DNA of 64,000 nt from Candidatus Hydrogenedentota bacterium (GCA_963745075.1 CAVUWV010000021.1:1-64000), one strand, 5' to 3'; numbered from the stretch's first letter, positions 42,150 through 51,799 are shown. Notes: generated by a model from the sequence alone, not told the origin. Made by a program: numbers and translations.

Positions 42150-42918
42150 GGCCGCAGTACTCATCGCGCTGGCATCGGGCGCCTTCGCGGGGGTCGCTCC
42201 CGCTCAGGATACCACCACCGGCCCGGACAACACCTTCGGCGCGACCAATTTCATCGATCAGATGCGGGATTCGGTCACCCCCCAGCGCCTCTCCACGACC
42301 ATGACCCTGTTCATTCTGTTGACGGTGCTATCCCTGGCGCCGGCAATTCTGGTCATGACGACCTCGTTTACCCGGATTATCGTGGTGCTGGGGTTCTTGC
42401 GGCAGGCCATGGCCACCCAACAATCTCCCCCCAATCAGGTGTTGGTCGGATTGGCACTGCTTCTGACGTTCTTCATCATGGCGCCGACCTATCAGCGCGT
42501 GAACAGCGAGGCGATCCAGCCCTACGTCAACGAACAGATCGGCGCGGATGAAGCCCTCGAACGCGGTATGGCGCCGGTTCGGGAGTTTATGTTCCACCAG
42601 GTGTTGCGCCACCCCAAGGATCTGGCCCTGTTCATCGAGATCGCCCATCTGGAACGTCCGAAGACCCCCGATGACGTGCCCACCCACGTGTTGGTCTGCG
42701 CATACGTCCTCAATGAATTCCGCGTGGCCTTCACCATCGGTTTCGTGATCTACATCCCCTTCCTGATCATCGACATGGTCGTGGCCAGTACGCTCATGGC
42801 CATGGGCATGATGATGCTCCCCCCCGTCTTCGTCTCCCTCCCCTTCAAGATCATCATGTTCGTCCTCGCCGACGGCTGGTACCTCATTATCAGCGAACTC
42901 GTCCAAAGTTTTCAGTAA
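42133..42918 (+). CDS. fliP: Flagellar export pore protein FliP
   Basis: 'TSFTRIIVVL', 'PPNQVLVGLAL', 'GMMMLPPVFVSLPFKIIMFVLADGW'. Confidence 0.97.
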   Translation: MSWAIRAAVLIALASGAFAGVAPAQDTTTGPDNTFGATNFIDQMRDSVTPQRLSTTMTLFILLTVLSLAPAILVMTTSFTRIIVVLGFLRQAMATQQSPPNQVLVGLALLLTFFIMAPTYQRVNSEAIQPYVNEQIGADEALERGMAPVREFMFHQVLRHPKDLALFIEIAHLERPKTPDDVPTHVLVCAYVLNEFRVAFTIGFVIYIPFLIIDMVVASTLMAMGMMMLPPVFVSLPFKIIMFVLADGWYLIISELVQSFQ

Positions 42919-43010
42919 CCAACGCCACCGATCCGCCTGCCCGAAGACGGACGGCAAAACGGTGATGCCAGGCCTCTGAGAGCGTGTTTCAAAAGGGCTC
43001 GTTACCGGTC

Positions 43011-43229
43011 TAGAGCGGTTTAAGTTATCTCGTAGCCGCTGACGACCTTTCGTACTCGTTCTCGTACTTCGTACTCGTACTCGAACCGTGGAGTGGAGAG
43101 AAGATGTAATTTGGCTAACCCAACACGTCATTTCTTCACGGAGTCAAGACTTTGCGTCTCATCGAGTACGAGTACGAGACCGAGTACGAAGTACGACTGA
43201 AAGGACACAGAAAAAGTTAAAATGCTCTA
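43011..43229. mobile_element. Nested TA-flanked MITE-like element containing inverted hexamer arrays
   Basis: TAGAGCGGTTTAAGTT ... AAGTTAAAATGCTCTA (13/16 inverted match); internal (CTCGTA)n at ~43050-43084 and (TACGAG)n at ~43162-43196. Confidence 0.6.
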
Positions 43230-43241
43230 AAGAGAAGTGTG

Positions 43242-43327
43242 GCGGATGTAGCGCAGGCGTCCCCGCCTGCATTCTTTGGGGCGCTGTCGCAAGGATATGC
43301 AGGCGGGGACGCCTGCGCTACATCCGC
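43242..43327. repeat. REPIN-like perfect 31-bp inverted repeat (GTAG-type)
   Basis: 43242-43272 is the exact reverse complement of 43297-43327. Confidence 0.9.
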
Positions 43328-43732
43328 GACGCCTTGCCGATATCCCACTTCTGAAACACACTCTGAGTCTGGGGGCGGTGTCCCCGCACCCCTCCGTTCT
43401 TTCTGACGAGGGGGGGTGCCGGGGGTGGACGCGTGTTCGGTGCTGTCCGTCATGGGAGGTGTTCTCCTTGTAAGCATCGAACAAGTAAAGGTTTGCACGG
43501 GAATCGGGCCGGAGGTTGGCGGCCGTGGGGTTGGGGGTGCACCCATTTCTATTTTTGACGATTCAAGGGGGGGTGCACTCCGCGAATTTCGGTCCCCGCG
43601 GTCGCGAGGATAACGGGCGCGTTGGGTGTGGCTGGTCATGGGCGGAGTCTTCCTTATCAATATAGGCCGGGGCGTTGCAGTGGGAATTGGGCTGGAGGCT
43701 TCGTACAGTTTCCCATAAAAGAGAGAACAATG

Positions 43733-43899
43733 TGGAGTGCGGCCACGCCTTGGCGTGGCTGCTTTTCCGGAGCAGGTTTGCCTGCGGCGCATTCTGATGC
43801 TGTACGGAGTGTCGCCTCAAACCGCAATGACTTCGTGAAATAGGGTCTTCTGCAATTGACGTAGGAAAAGCAGCCACGCCAAGGCGTGGCCGCACTCCA
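43733..43899. repeat. REPIN-like perfect 36-bp inverted repeat (TGGAGTGCGG-type)
   Basis: 43733-43768 is the exact reverse complement of 43864-43899. Confidence 0.9.
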
Positions 43900-43951
43900 A
43901 ATATTCTTTCTGTGGGAGGCCGGCGCTGGAGTTTCTACGTGAACCTGTTCT

Positions 43952-44036
43952 GCCCTTTCAGGGCGATCAGGGCTGGTGGCGACGGGTTCCCAGGGCGTTG
44001 CCCTGGGCTGTCCTGTTTCACCCCTTCGGGGTGACG
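43952..44036. repeat. REP-like triple hairpin (GCCCTTTCAGGGC / CCCAGGGCGTTGCCCTGGG / CACCCCTTCGGGGTG)
   Basis: Three palindromes; same style as 14417-14586. Confidence 0.7.
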
Positions 44037-44132
44037 GGGGCAACGAAATAACTTCTATTCAGGAAAACCGCAGCCCTCGTATCGCGGGTAGGAAAACCCG
44101 CCCTCCGCGTGGACGAGGACCGTTTGTAGCGC

Positions 44133-45119
44133 CTACCCGGCGGATATCCGGTCCGCGATGAGGTAGGCCGCGCCCATGACGCAGGCGTCGTCGCCGAGTC
44201 GTGCGGCGACAACTTTGACGCCCTTGCGCAGGAAAGGCATGGCGTGGACTTTCAATGCGCGGTCGACCTCTTCGAGGTAGAGGGATTCCATGGCTTCGAC
44301 CAGGCCGCCGCCGAGCACGACGGCCTCGGGGCTCATGGCATTGATCATGTTGCCCGCGGCGATGCCGGTGTAGTAGGCCGCCTTGCGGACGACGCCTTCC
44401 ACCATCTTCTCCCCCTCTTCAATCGATTTGGCAATCACGCCGCTGCGGATATTCGCCAGGTCGGTGCCGCAATGCTTGTAGATGTACGGCGCGTCGCCTC
44501 GTGCGGCAAGGGCCGCAATCTGCGAAGCAATCGCGACGCGCGACGCCAGGGCTTCGAGGCACCCGCGCTTGCCGCATCCGCAGTAGGGGCCGTCGACTTC
44601 GAGGGTCATATGCCCCACCTCCGCCGCCGAACCCGAGAACCCGTGGTAGAGCTTGCCGTCGATGATAATCGCGCCGCCGATCCCGGTCCCGGGGAAGATC
44701 CCAAACACGTGATCGCAGTCTTTGACCTTTCCGAAGGCGTACTCGCCATAAGTCCCCACATTGACGTCGTTGTCGACGAGAACGGGAACATCAAAGGCCT
44801 TGCGAAGCACGTCGGCGAGGGGAAACTGTTTCCACCCCAGGTTCGGGGTATCGATGATGACCCCGTCTTTGGGATCGAGCGGCCCGGGCGATCCGACACC
44901 GATTCCGCGGATCGGTTTGTCGCCCGACTCTTCGATCGCGGTGCGGACAATGCGAACGATGCGGTCCTCGGGCTTTTCGTCCGGCTTCTTTGCGGACTTG
45001 CTTTTCTTGCGGCATCGGCCGATCACCTTGAACTTGTGGTCCATCACGCAGGCCATCATCTTCGTGCCGCCGATGTCCAGTCCGACAACGTACTCGCCCG
45101 GTTTCAACTTCGCTTTCAT
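44133..45119 (-). CDS. ROK-family sugar kinase (glucokinase-like)
   Basis: 'GLDIGGTK', 'DNDVN', 'GTGIGG', 'EVGHM..CGCGKRGCLEA'. Confidence 0.93.
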   Translation of the reverse strand: MKAKLKPGEYVVGLDIGGTKMMACVMDHKFKVIGRCRKKSKSAKKPDEKPEDRIVRIVRTAIEESGDKPIRGIGVGSPGPLDPKDGVIIDTPNLGWKQFPLADVLRKAFDVPVLVDNDVNVGTYGEYAFGKVKDCDHVFGIFPGTGIGGAIIIDGKLYHGFSGSAAEVGHMTLEVDGPYCGCGKRGCLEALASRVAIASQIAALAARGDAPYIYKHCGTDLANIRSGVIAKSIEEGEKMVEGVVRKAAYYTGIAAGNMINAMSPEAVVLGGGLVEAMESLYLEEVDRALKVHAMPFLRKGVKVVAARLGDDACVMGAAYLIADRISAG

Positions 45120-45266
45120 TCGCATTCCTCCGCCATTGGTCCAGGGGGAGCATAACACGTTCGGCGCCGACTATTGGAACACGTCGGAAGTCAGGCCGAA
45201 ACAGCTTCTATTACACGATAGAGGAACAATCGTTGCACCTGGAGACGCCGCAAAATCGAATTCACG

Positions 45267-45412
45267 TCCCCCTTCGAGGGGGGAATTCCGCGCAACGCTT
45301 CGCGTTGCGTGTCGAACAGGCAATGAGCTGAACTTGGCGCGTGCGGCGACACATCTATCCAGAGACCTACGTATGTACCATCCCCCCCTTTTTGAAGAGG
45401 GATCAAGGGGGA
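45267..45412. repeat. TCCCCC(TT..)GGGGGA short palindromic repeats
   Basis: Copies at 45267-45284 and 45381-45412, plus a cgcaacgc/gcgttgcg hairpin. Confidence 0.55.
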
Positions 45413-45453
45413 CGTTCAGCCGATAGATGTACCCTTATTTGAATTGAGAGCGA

Positions 45454-47958
45454 TTAAAACGACTCGTCTTCGAGGATGCGGATACCGGTGATGCGCGATA
45501 GTTTGAAAACCCGGGCCCCGCCCAGGCGATGGCAGAACCCGCTCAGCGACGGAATCGCGCCCACGGTGTCAATGGATACCGGGTTTACCCGACGGACCGT
45601 CGGTTTCGGGCTCCACGTGGATTGATACTGAATCAGGATTGGACGTCGGCGATGTATGGCATCGTCAATAATCTCGCCGACGATCCGCGGGGAGTAGGAC
45701 GGCAGGTCGACCGTCTCTTCTTCGGCAGTCTCGTCCGCGCGTTTTTCGGCGGATCGTTCGTCCGGCTCGTCGGCATCGGTCCGCGATTCCATCCACGGGC
45801 CGACCCATTGCTCGGGCGGGCCGTCGTCGAGGACCACGCCATTCTTGCCGACCGGCATCCCGAACGATTTGAGCGCGCGCTTGATCGCAGTGAGACCGCC
45901 CTTTCGGACGACCAGGGTGTAGAGTCCGAGCCGCCCTTCCACATGCTCGGCAACGTCGGGCAACTCAAGCACCGCATCACACGCTTCGGGATCGTCGAAC
46001 CGGACCAGCGTGGCGGTCTGGGCGGAGGGCAGCACCATGTCGCCGTTCCAAGCGCGTAACGCGGCCCGGAAACGCGCCGCGAGCGCCCCCTCGACCAGCG
46101 TTTCCAGTTGTGCGGCTTGCAAACCCCAATCGATATCGCGCCGAAGGGTCTTCTTGCTCAGCGTGAATTCGAGATCGCCCGTTGCCGTCGTGCGAACCTC
46201 GCCCAATTCCTCCAGACGCCGTCGAACGAACAGGTCGGCTTTGGGCCAAGGCACGCGGAGCGCAAGCCCCTCGCCCTGCTGCGCGCAGGGTTCCGATGCG
46301 TTCCGGTAGTTGATCTGATGGTTTACACCGGGCTTGGTACCGTTCAAGACCAGGCAAAACCGCCCGCCCAGATGGCGCAGCGAGGCGTCGTCATCCGCCG
46401 CCGTCACGGCCTCGAGTTCGGACAAGAACTCCAGCAGTTTGCACTGTGGATGAATCGCAACGGCCGCAACCTTCCGATCCCAGGTGCTGAATTGATCGCG
46501 CACGTTGGTCGGAAGCGGCCGGCTGGAATGGGCCTCGAGGATCGCGCTAAACTCGTCCGTCGAAACGCCCGACCGCACCCCGCGATACACGCTTTCCTGG
46601 GTCAGACGATAGGTGCTGACCGGCCCGCCGCGAACCCGCTCGCAGAACACGTCCAACTTGCGCCGCAAGTCCGCAGGGCAGCGGTCCAGGTACGCGATCA
46701 CCTCGAAATCCGGCTGGATCACGAGGGCGTCGCGTGCAATGTCGTTGGCCTCGGCAGGGGCTGGGCCGACTCCCAAGGCGTAGCGGCCCAGATCGGAGAG
46801 CCGGAAGAGGCGGCCTTCATCCGCGAGGTCCACCATCCCAAAATTCGCAAACAGGCTTTGAATCATCCAAGAGAACAGGCGCTTTTCATGATTTTGCCAG
46901 GCGCGGTCCCGCCATGCGGGGGAAGCGTCGAGGACATTTGCCGCGATCGCCCGCCACCGCTCGTGGAGAAACAGGGCATTCTCATCGATGCGCCGGATCG
47001 CGTTGACGAGCCCGTCCAACGTGAACCACACTCCGGCGGGCTGTTCCGCCAACACGCGAGCCACGAGGAGCTTGTGATACCGCCGCCGGAGACTCCCGGC
47101 CGGTAAGCGAGACTCGATGGCGCTGTAGGCCTGCGGAAAGAACAGTTGGAGATCGGGGAGTTCGTCCGATTCGAGATATCCACGGAAGAGGCCACGTACC
47201 CGGTCCGCCCGCGGCCTTTGCGCCCACGCTTCGGCGCGGTCCGTCGTGGCCAGGCGGTTCGATTTTGTCGTGACGCACCCCAATTGGCGTGCGATCATGA
47301 GCGCAAATTTGAGGGATTCGGTACTGACATTGGCGTCGGACGCCAGTTCACGGGCGCGGGTGCCGTCGCTCTTGTGCAGCTCGCCGGAAGCCGTGACTCG
47401 TGGTTCCAAGACCTCCACCACCCGCAGGGTCTCCAGAAACGCGGTGGTGGCCCCGTCTTTGCGGGTCACGCCTTCGTCCGGGACCGGGCCGGAGAACGGA
47501 GGAACGGTATGGCCGACTGCCGGGGGTTCGGGCACATGGGGTTGCAACGTTTCCGACACGGTCAATACGTAGGCGCTGGAAGCTAGTTGCTCTTGACGGG
47601 TCAATTGTTTGAATGTGAACGCACCCGACCGGTCCAAAGGGGGAACCAGCACGAGTCCCAGCACCGCGAGGGTCTCGAGGGAAGGGGCAGGCGCAGCCCC
47701 GATCAGCCCCCGGATGCCCAATATGTCGGCGGAAGTGATCCCGTCGTTCGTGGCTACCAAATAAAGCATGCGGAGTGCGGGCGGTTCCAGGTCGTTTATA
47801 ACCCCCTTCATATGAAGGGGATCACCGAGGATCTTTTCGAGTGCCTTGATGCGGCTGGCTTTATTTGCCGCGCCGAGCCGCCATCGGTCGCACATCGTCC
47901 CCAAGGCGTCATTGGTGTAGCCTCGCAGGCATTCTTTGATGCTGTAGCCGGTTGTCAA
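45454..47958 (-). CDS. XPB/Rad25-associated (Helicase_C_3-like) domain protein with C-terminal WYL domain
   Basis: 'LVIQPDFEVIA..YRLTQESVYRG..PLPTNV...W'; WYL-like 'AIHRRRPILIQY..RRVNP..FCHRLGGARVFKLSRI'. TTG start overlaps the upstream stop. Confidence 0.8.
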   Translation of the reverse strand: MTTGYSIKECLRGYTNDALGTMCDRWRLGAANKASRIKALEKILGDPLHMKGVINDLEPPALRMLYLVATNDGITSADILGIRGLIGAAPAPSLETLAVLGLVLVPPLDRSGAFTFKQLTRQEQLASSAYVLTVSETLQPHVPEPPAVGHTVPPFSGPVPDEGVTRKDGATTAFLETLRVVEVLEPRVTASGELHKSDGTRARELASDANVSTESLKFALMIARQLGCVTTKSNRLATTDRAEAWAQRPRADRVRGLFRGYLESDELPDLQLFFPQAYSAIESRLPAGSLRRRYHKLLVARVLAEQPAGVWFTLDGLVNAIRRIDENALFLHERWRAIAANVLDASPAWRDRAWQNHEKRLFSWMIQSLFANFGMVDLADEGRLFRLSDLGRYALGVGPAPAEANDIARDALVIQPDFEVIAYLDRCPADLRRKLDVFCERVRGGPVSTYRLTQESVYRGVRSGVSTDEFSAILEAHSSRPLPTNVRDQFSTWDRKVAAVAIHPQCKLLEFLSELEAVTAADDDASLRHLGGRFCLVLNGTKPGVNHQINYRNASEPCAQQGEGLALRVPWPKADLFVRRRLEELGEVRTTATGDLEFTLSKKTLRRDIDWGLQAAQLETLVEGALAARFRAALRAWNGDMVLPSAQTATLVRFDDPEACDAVLELPDVAEHVEGRLGLYTLVVRKGGLTAIKRALKSFGMPVGKNGVVLDDGPPEQWVGPWMESRTDADEPDERSAEKRADETAEEETVDLPSYSPRIVGEIIDDAIHRRRPILIQYQSTWSPKPTVRRVNPVSIDTVGAIPSLSGFCHRLGGARVFKLSRITGIRILEDESF

Positions 47959-48161
47959 TCGTGAACCCTCGGCAAATGCCCCAGAGATTGCAGTCGGCGC
48001 ACGATATCGGGTACGGCTTGAGGCTGGACCGCGATGCACAATTCCGAAAGCCGTTCCCCCAGAAACGGTTGCAGGATCGCGTCGCTCTCGATTTCCGTCA
48101 GAACGAGCGGATCCGTGACCTCGATCACGGCAACCCCGTCATGCAACTTGGGACCCTTCAT
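47955..48161 (-). CDS. 68-aa protein resembling an internal domain of the downstream WYL protein
   Basis: MKGPKLHDGVAVIEVTDPLVLTEI...LGERLSELCIAV...LQSLGHLPRV; GGGAG RBS; stop overlaps the next start. Confidence 0.7.
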   Translation of the reverse strand: MKGPKLHDGVAVIEVTDPLVLTEIESDAILQPFLGERLSELCIAVQPQAVPDIVRRLQSLGHLPRVHD

Positions 48162-48303
48162 CGTATTCTCCCAGGTAGAGGCAAAAATACAACCGCCTAG
48201 TGTAGCAAATGGGGGGGCGAAAAGAAAAATCGGCGTCTGGCGTGCAAGTTCCGGATACAGCGGCATGGGGAATTCCCTGGATGAAGGGGCAATGTGACCG
48301 CGT

Positions 48304-48338
48304 GAAAACGAATGGGCCGCCCAGCTCGGGGCGGCCCA
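48304..48338 (-). terminator. Intrinsic terminator after the EF-G paralog
   Basis: tgggccgccc / gggcggccca stem followed on the minus strand by TTCGTTTTC. Confidence 0.7.
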
Positions 48339-48371
48339 CATAACGCACATAACCTATTCATATATAGTAAC

Positions 48372-50408
48372 TTAGTTTTCGCTGGCGCGTGACTTCTCGT
48401 ATTCCGCGACGATTTGTTGCGCAACGTGTTCCGGCACCTCGTCGTAGTGGTCGAATGTCAACGCGTAGCTGCCGCGCCCGCCGGTCATGCTGCGGAGTTC
48501 CGTCGAATACCGGAGCACCTCGCCTTCCGGCACATGGGCCTTGATGGTCTGCCGGCCACCGCCGATCGGTTCCATCCCGATAATGCGGCCTCGACGGCTG
48601 TTCAGGTCACCGTTGACGTCCCCCATGAAATCGTCGGGGACGGTGATTTCGATCAGCATGATGGGTTCGAGCAGGCACGGCTTGGCCTCTTTCACGCCCC
48701 TCTGGATCGCCATGGACGCGGCGATCTTGAACGCCATTTCCGAGGAATCCACGTCGTGATAGGACCCGAAGTGGAGTTCGACGATGATATCGACCACGGG
48801 ATACCCTGCGATCACGCCCTTCTCCAGCGCCTCCTGACAGCCCTTGTCCACGTGCGGAATGTATTGTTTGGGCACCACGCCGCCGACGATGCTGTCGATG
48901 AACTGATACCCCTCGCCCCGGCCGTTCGGGGCAATCCGGAGATGAACGTCGCCGTACTGGCCGTGGCCGCCGGACTGTTTCTTGTGCTTGCCTTGCACGT
49001 CCGACTTCCCCTTGACCGTCTCCTTATACGCTACCTTTGGCGTATGGGTTTCGGCCTCGACGTGGTACTTGCGCTTCATCCGGTCCAGTAGGATATCGAG
49101 CTGTAAATCGCCCATCCCTCGGACGATATGCTCGTTGGTCGCGGTGTCCCGATAGTGGCTGAAGGTCGGGTCCTCTTCGGCAATTCGGTTCAACGCTTCG
49201 CCGATCTTGTCCTCATCGGCCCGGGACTTGGGCACGATGGCCAGTTTCACCATGGATTCCGGCAACGGAATCTCGGGAAGGAGGAATTCGGTGCCGTTGG
49301 ACACGATGGTATTGCCAAAGTGCGTGTGCTTGAGTTTGGTCATCGCGGCCAAGTCGCCCGGGTATACCGCGTCCACCTGGACCTGCTCCTTGCCGTTCAT
49401 GAGGTACAACTTGCCGGTCCGCTCTTTGGACTGGGTCGATACGTTGTAGAAATCGGAATCCGACCGCAAGGTCCCCGAGAATACGCGGAAGAGGGTAAGC
49501 TGCCCGACGAAGGGGTCCACCACGGAACGGAACACCTGGCCAATGAACGGACCCTTGGGGTCCACTTTCATCTCGGCTTCGCCGCCCTTCCCGTTCTTCC
49601 CCACGAGCTTACGTTCCGAAGGGGTCGGGAACGAGTGGGAAATCATGTCCAGCAGTTCCTTAATCCCGATTTCCTTTTCGACGCTTCCTGCCACGATGGG
49701 AACGATCTTGCCGGCGCGGATACCGTTATGGAGTCCCTGGTCAAACTCTTCGGGTGACAGCTCGCCGGTTTCGAGGAATTTCTCGAGGAGCGCGTCATCG
49801 GATTCAGCTACAACGTCAACGATGCCGGAGCGCACCGATTCGATTTCACCCGCGAGTTCGTCGCTGCTGCCGGTAAGGATGTTGACCACGCCGTGCAGCG
49901 AATCTCCCTCGCCGAGGGGAATGATGAGCGGGACGCATTGATTGCCGTAGGCGCTTCGCAGTTGGTCAACAACGTTATTGAAATTTGAATTCTCACGGTC
50001 CAGTTTGTTGATGAAGATTGCGCGGGGGGTCTTGTAGCGGTTGGCATACCGCAAGGCGTTATCGGTTCCCACCTGAATGCCCGTGGTCGCGTCGACAAGG
50101 ATAATGACGCTATCAAGTACCGGTACGGACGATGCTACTTCCCCCAGAAAGTCCGCGTATCCGGGATGGTCGACGAGGTGAATGCGCGTCCCGTCCCAGT
50201 CCAGGTTCGTCAACTTCATGCTGATGGTCTGCTGGCGTTGAATCTCTTCCTCGAGATAATCGCAGACCGTGTTGCCTTCTTGAATCTTACCCAGCCGATT
50301 CGTTTTCCCGGCGGCGTGAAGCGCATGCTCGATGAGCATCGTCTTCCCCGTACCGCCGTGACCTAGGATGCCAACATTACGTACACTCCCCGACTCCGCA
50401 CTAGACAT
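48372..50408 (-). CDS. fusA: Elongation factor G paralog (EF-G2 type)
   Basis: G1 'GHGGTGKT', G3 'DHPG', G4 'NKLD'; 'HKKQSGGHGQYG', 'GSYHDVDSSEMAF'. It lacks the canonical RGITI and is not in an rpsL-rpsG operon. Confidence 0.9.
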   Translation of the reverse strand: MSSAESGSVRNVGILGHGGTGKTMLIEHALHAAGKTNRLGKIQEGNTVCDYLEEEIQRQQTISMKLTNLDWDGTRIHLVDHPGYADFLGEVASSVPVLDSVIILVDATTGIQVGTDNALRYANRYKTPRAIFINKLDRENSNFNNVVDQLRSAYGNQCVPLIIPLGEGDSLHGVVNILTGSSDELAGEIESVRSGIVDVVAESDDALLEKFLETGELSPEEFDQGLHNGIRAGKIVPIVAGSVEKEIGIKELLDMISHSFPTPSERKLVGKNGKGGEAEMKVDPKGPFIGQVFRSVVDPFVGQLTLFRVFSGTLRSDSDFYNVSTQSKERTGKLYLMNGKEQVQVDAVYPGDLAAMTKLKHTHFGNTIVSNGTEFLLPEIPLPESMVKLAIVPKSRADEDKIGEALNRIAEEDPTFSHYRDTATNEHIVRGMGDLQLDILLDRMKRKYHVEAETHTPKVAYKETVKGKSDVQGKHKKQSGGHGQYGDVHLRIAPNGRGEGYQFIDSIVGGVVPKQYIPHVDKGCQEALEKGVIAGYPVVDIIVELHFGSYHDVDSSEMAFKIAASMAIQRGVKEAKPCLLEPIMLIEITVPDDFMGDVNGDLNSRRGRIIGMEPIGGGRQTIKAHVPEGEVLRYSTELRSMTGGRGSYALTFDHYDEVPEHVAQQIVAEYEKSRASEN

Positions 50409-50623
50409 AACAAGACCCTCCGCCCCATGGCATTACGACTACTCCAGACGGCCGAGGATACGAACGAGTGCACCGGTTTGATAGTCGCCACATCCACGAC
50501 CGGATTTCAAAGTATAGCGCGCAAGGAAGGCCGCTACAAGATTTCATGACAAATTCGCCGCACATCTGCCCAGCCCCGAATGTCCCTGCTGATCGCCGGT
50601 CAGCAGCCTGCTAGAATGGGCAC

Positions 50624-51799
50624 ATGAAGCTCGTCTGTCTTTGCAGCGCGTTGGATATCCGGCACCGGTACGGGTGTACGCCGGCGTGGTGGCAGTTTCT
50701 CAAGGGATTGTATGAAGAAGGGTACGACGTTATCGCTGTCCCATACACGGGCGCGGGGTTCGAGACGCCGTGGTGGCGGGGCTATCCTAACCCGTGCGAC
50801 GTGGAAAGCCGGGCTTTTAGCGCGGTGAAGAAGCTCTTCGGGTCCGGCGCGACTTCTACCGAGGAGGGAATCGGCGCGAAAGTCGGGAAGACCCTGATCG
50901 AATCCTGGGTGCGGCCGCGCTGGATTGAGTGTCTATCCCGCATCTTGGCAACGGAACGCGATGTCGATGCCGTCATCGTCTTCACGATTCCGGTCAACCA
51001 CTTCACGGGCCTGCCATCCCTTATACGCGATCGATTCGGGGTGCCCTTTTTCTATTTCGACGGCGACGTGCCGGCCAGTTTGCCGCGTTTCAGCGGTTTT
51101 GCTTCGGGGTTCAAGTCCTATGAAGGCGCCGACGTGAGCGAATATGACGCGTTCATGTGCAATTCGGAGGCGGGCGCGGACGAGTTGACGGCGATGGGCG
51201 CCCGGGCCGTGCGAACGGTCCATTGGGGCGTCGATCCCAGCCTCTACGAACCGGTGGAAGTCGAGCCGGATCGCAACGTCTTCTTCTACGGCTTCGGCGT
51301 CGAGTATCGCGAAAACTGGATCGAGGAAATGCTGACAAAGCCGAGCCAGACCCTTGCGGAAAGCGGATTCTACGTGGGGGGCAAAGGATTCCCGGAGAAT
51401 CTCGGCGCGGTAACGCAGGTGGGCGATGTTCCGTTTAACGTGTTTCGCCACGCGTGTTGCCGCAGTCGAATCAACTTGAACATCACGCGTTCCAGTCATG
51501 CGGAAGTGCATGGCTCCTCCACCATGCGCCCCTTTGAACTTGCCGCAATGGGATGCTGCATCGTCAGCAATCCCCACGACGGTATCGAGGACTGGTTTGA
51601 ACTGGACCGGGACGTTCGGGTGGTGCACTCTGCGGAGGAGGCGGCGGCGGCCTACCGGGAACTTCTCGGGGATGACGCGCGCCGACACGCTATGGGCCAA
51701 AGCGCACGGCAACGGGTCTTGGAACAACATACCCACCGCCATCGCGCGCGGGAAATCGTGGACTTTATCGAGCAAATCCGGTCGAGCGCGCAGGGCTGA
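50624..51799 (+). CDS. GT-B glycosyltransferase (CgeB-like)
   Basis: 'SRINLNITR..MRPFELAAMG..GQSARQRVLEQHTHRHRA'. Confidence 0.85.
   Translation: MKLVCLCSALDIRHRYGCTPAWWQFLKGLYEEGYDVIAVPYTGAGFETPWWRGYPNPCDVESRAFSAVKKLFGSGATSTEEGIGAKVGKTLIESWVRPRWIECLSRILATERDVDAVIVFTIPVNHFTGLPSLIRDRFGVPFFYFDGDVPASLPRFSGFASGFKSYEGADVSEYDAFMCNSEAGADELTAMGARAVRTVHWGVDPSLYEPVEVEPDRNVFFYGFGVEYRENWIEEMLTKPSQTLAESGFYVGGKGFPENLGAVTQVGDVPFNVFRHACCRSRINLNITRSSHAEVHGSSTMRPFELAAMGCCIVSNPHDGIEDWFELDRDVRVVHSAEEAAAAYRELLGDDARRHAMGQSARQRVLEQHTHRHRAREIVDFIEQIRSSAQG

Larger units (their letters stand above)
42980..43363. mobile_element. MITE with IS5-family-like TIRs and TGA target-site duplication
   Basis: GAGCGTGTTTCAAAAG (42980-42995) vs CTTCTGAAACACACTC (43348-43363), 14/16 inverted match; TGA on both flanks; no transposase. 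Confidence 0.75.

Noticed and set aside
43217..43792. 191-aa minus-strand ORF as a real gene or transposase
   Set aside because: It runs through REP/MITE sequence, is low-complexity and has no DDE or HUH motifs.
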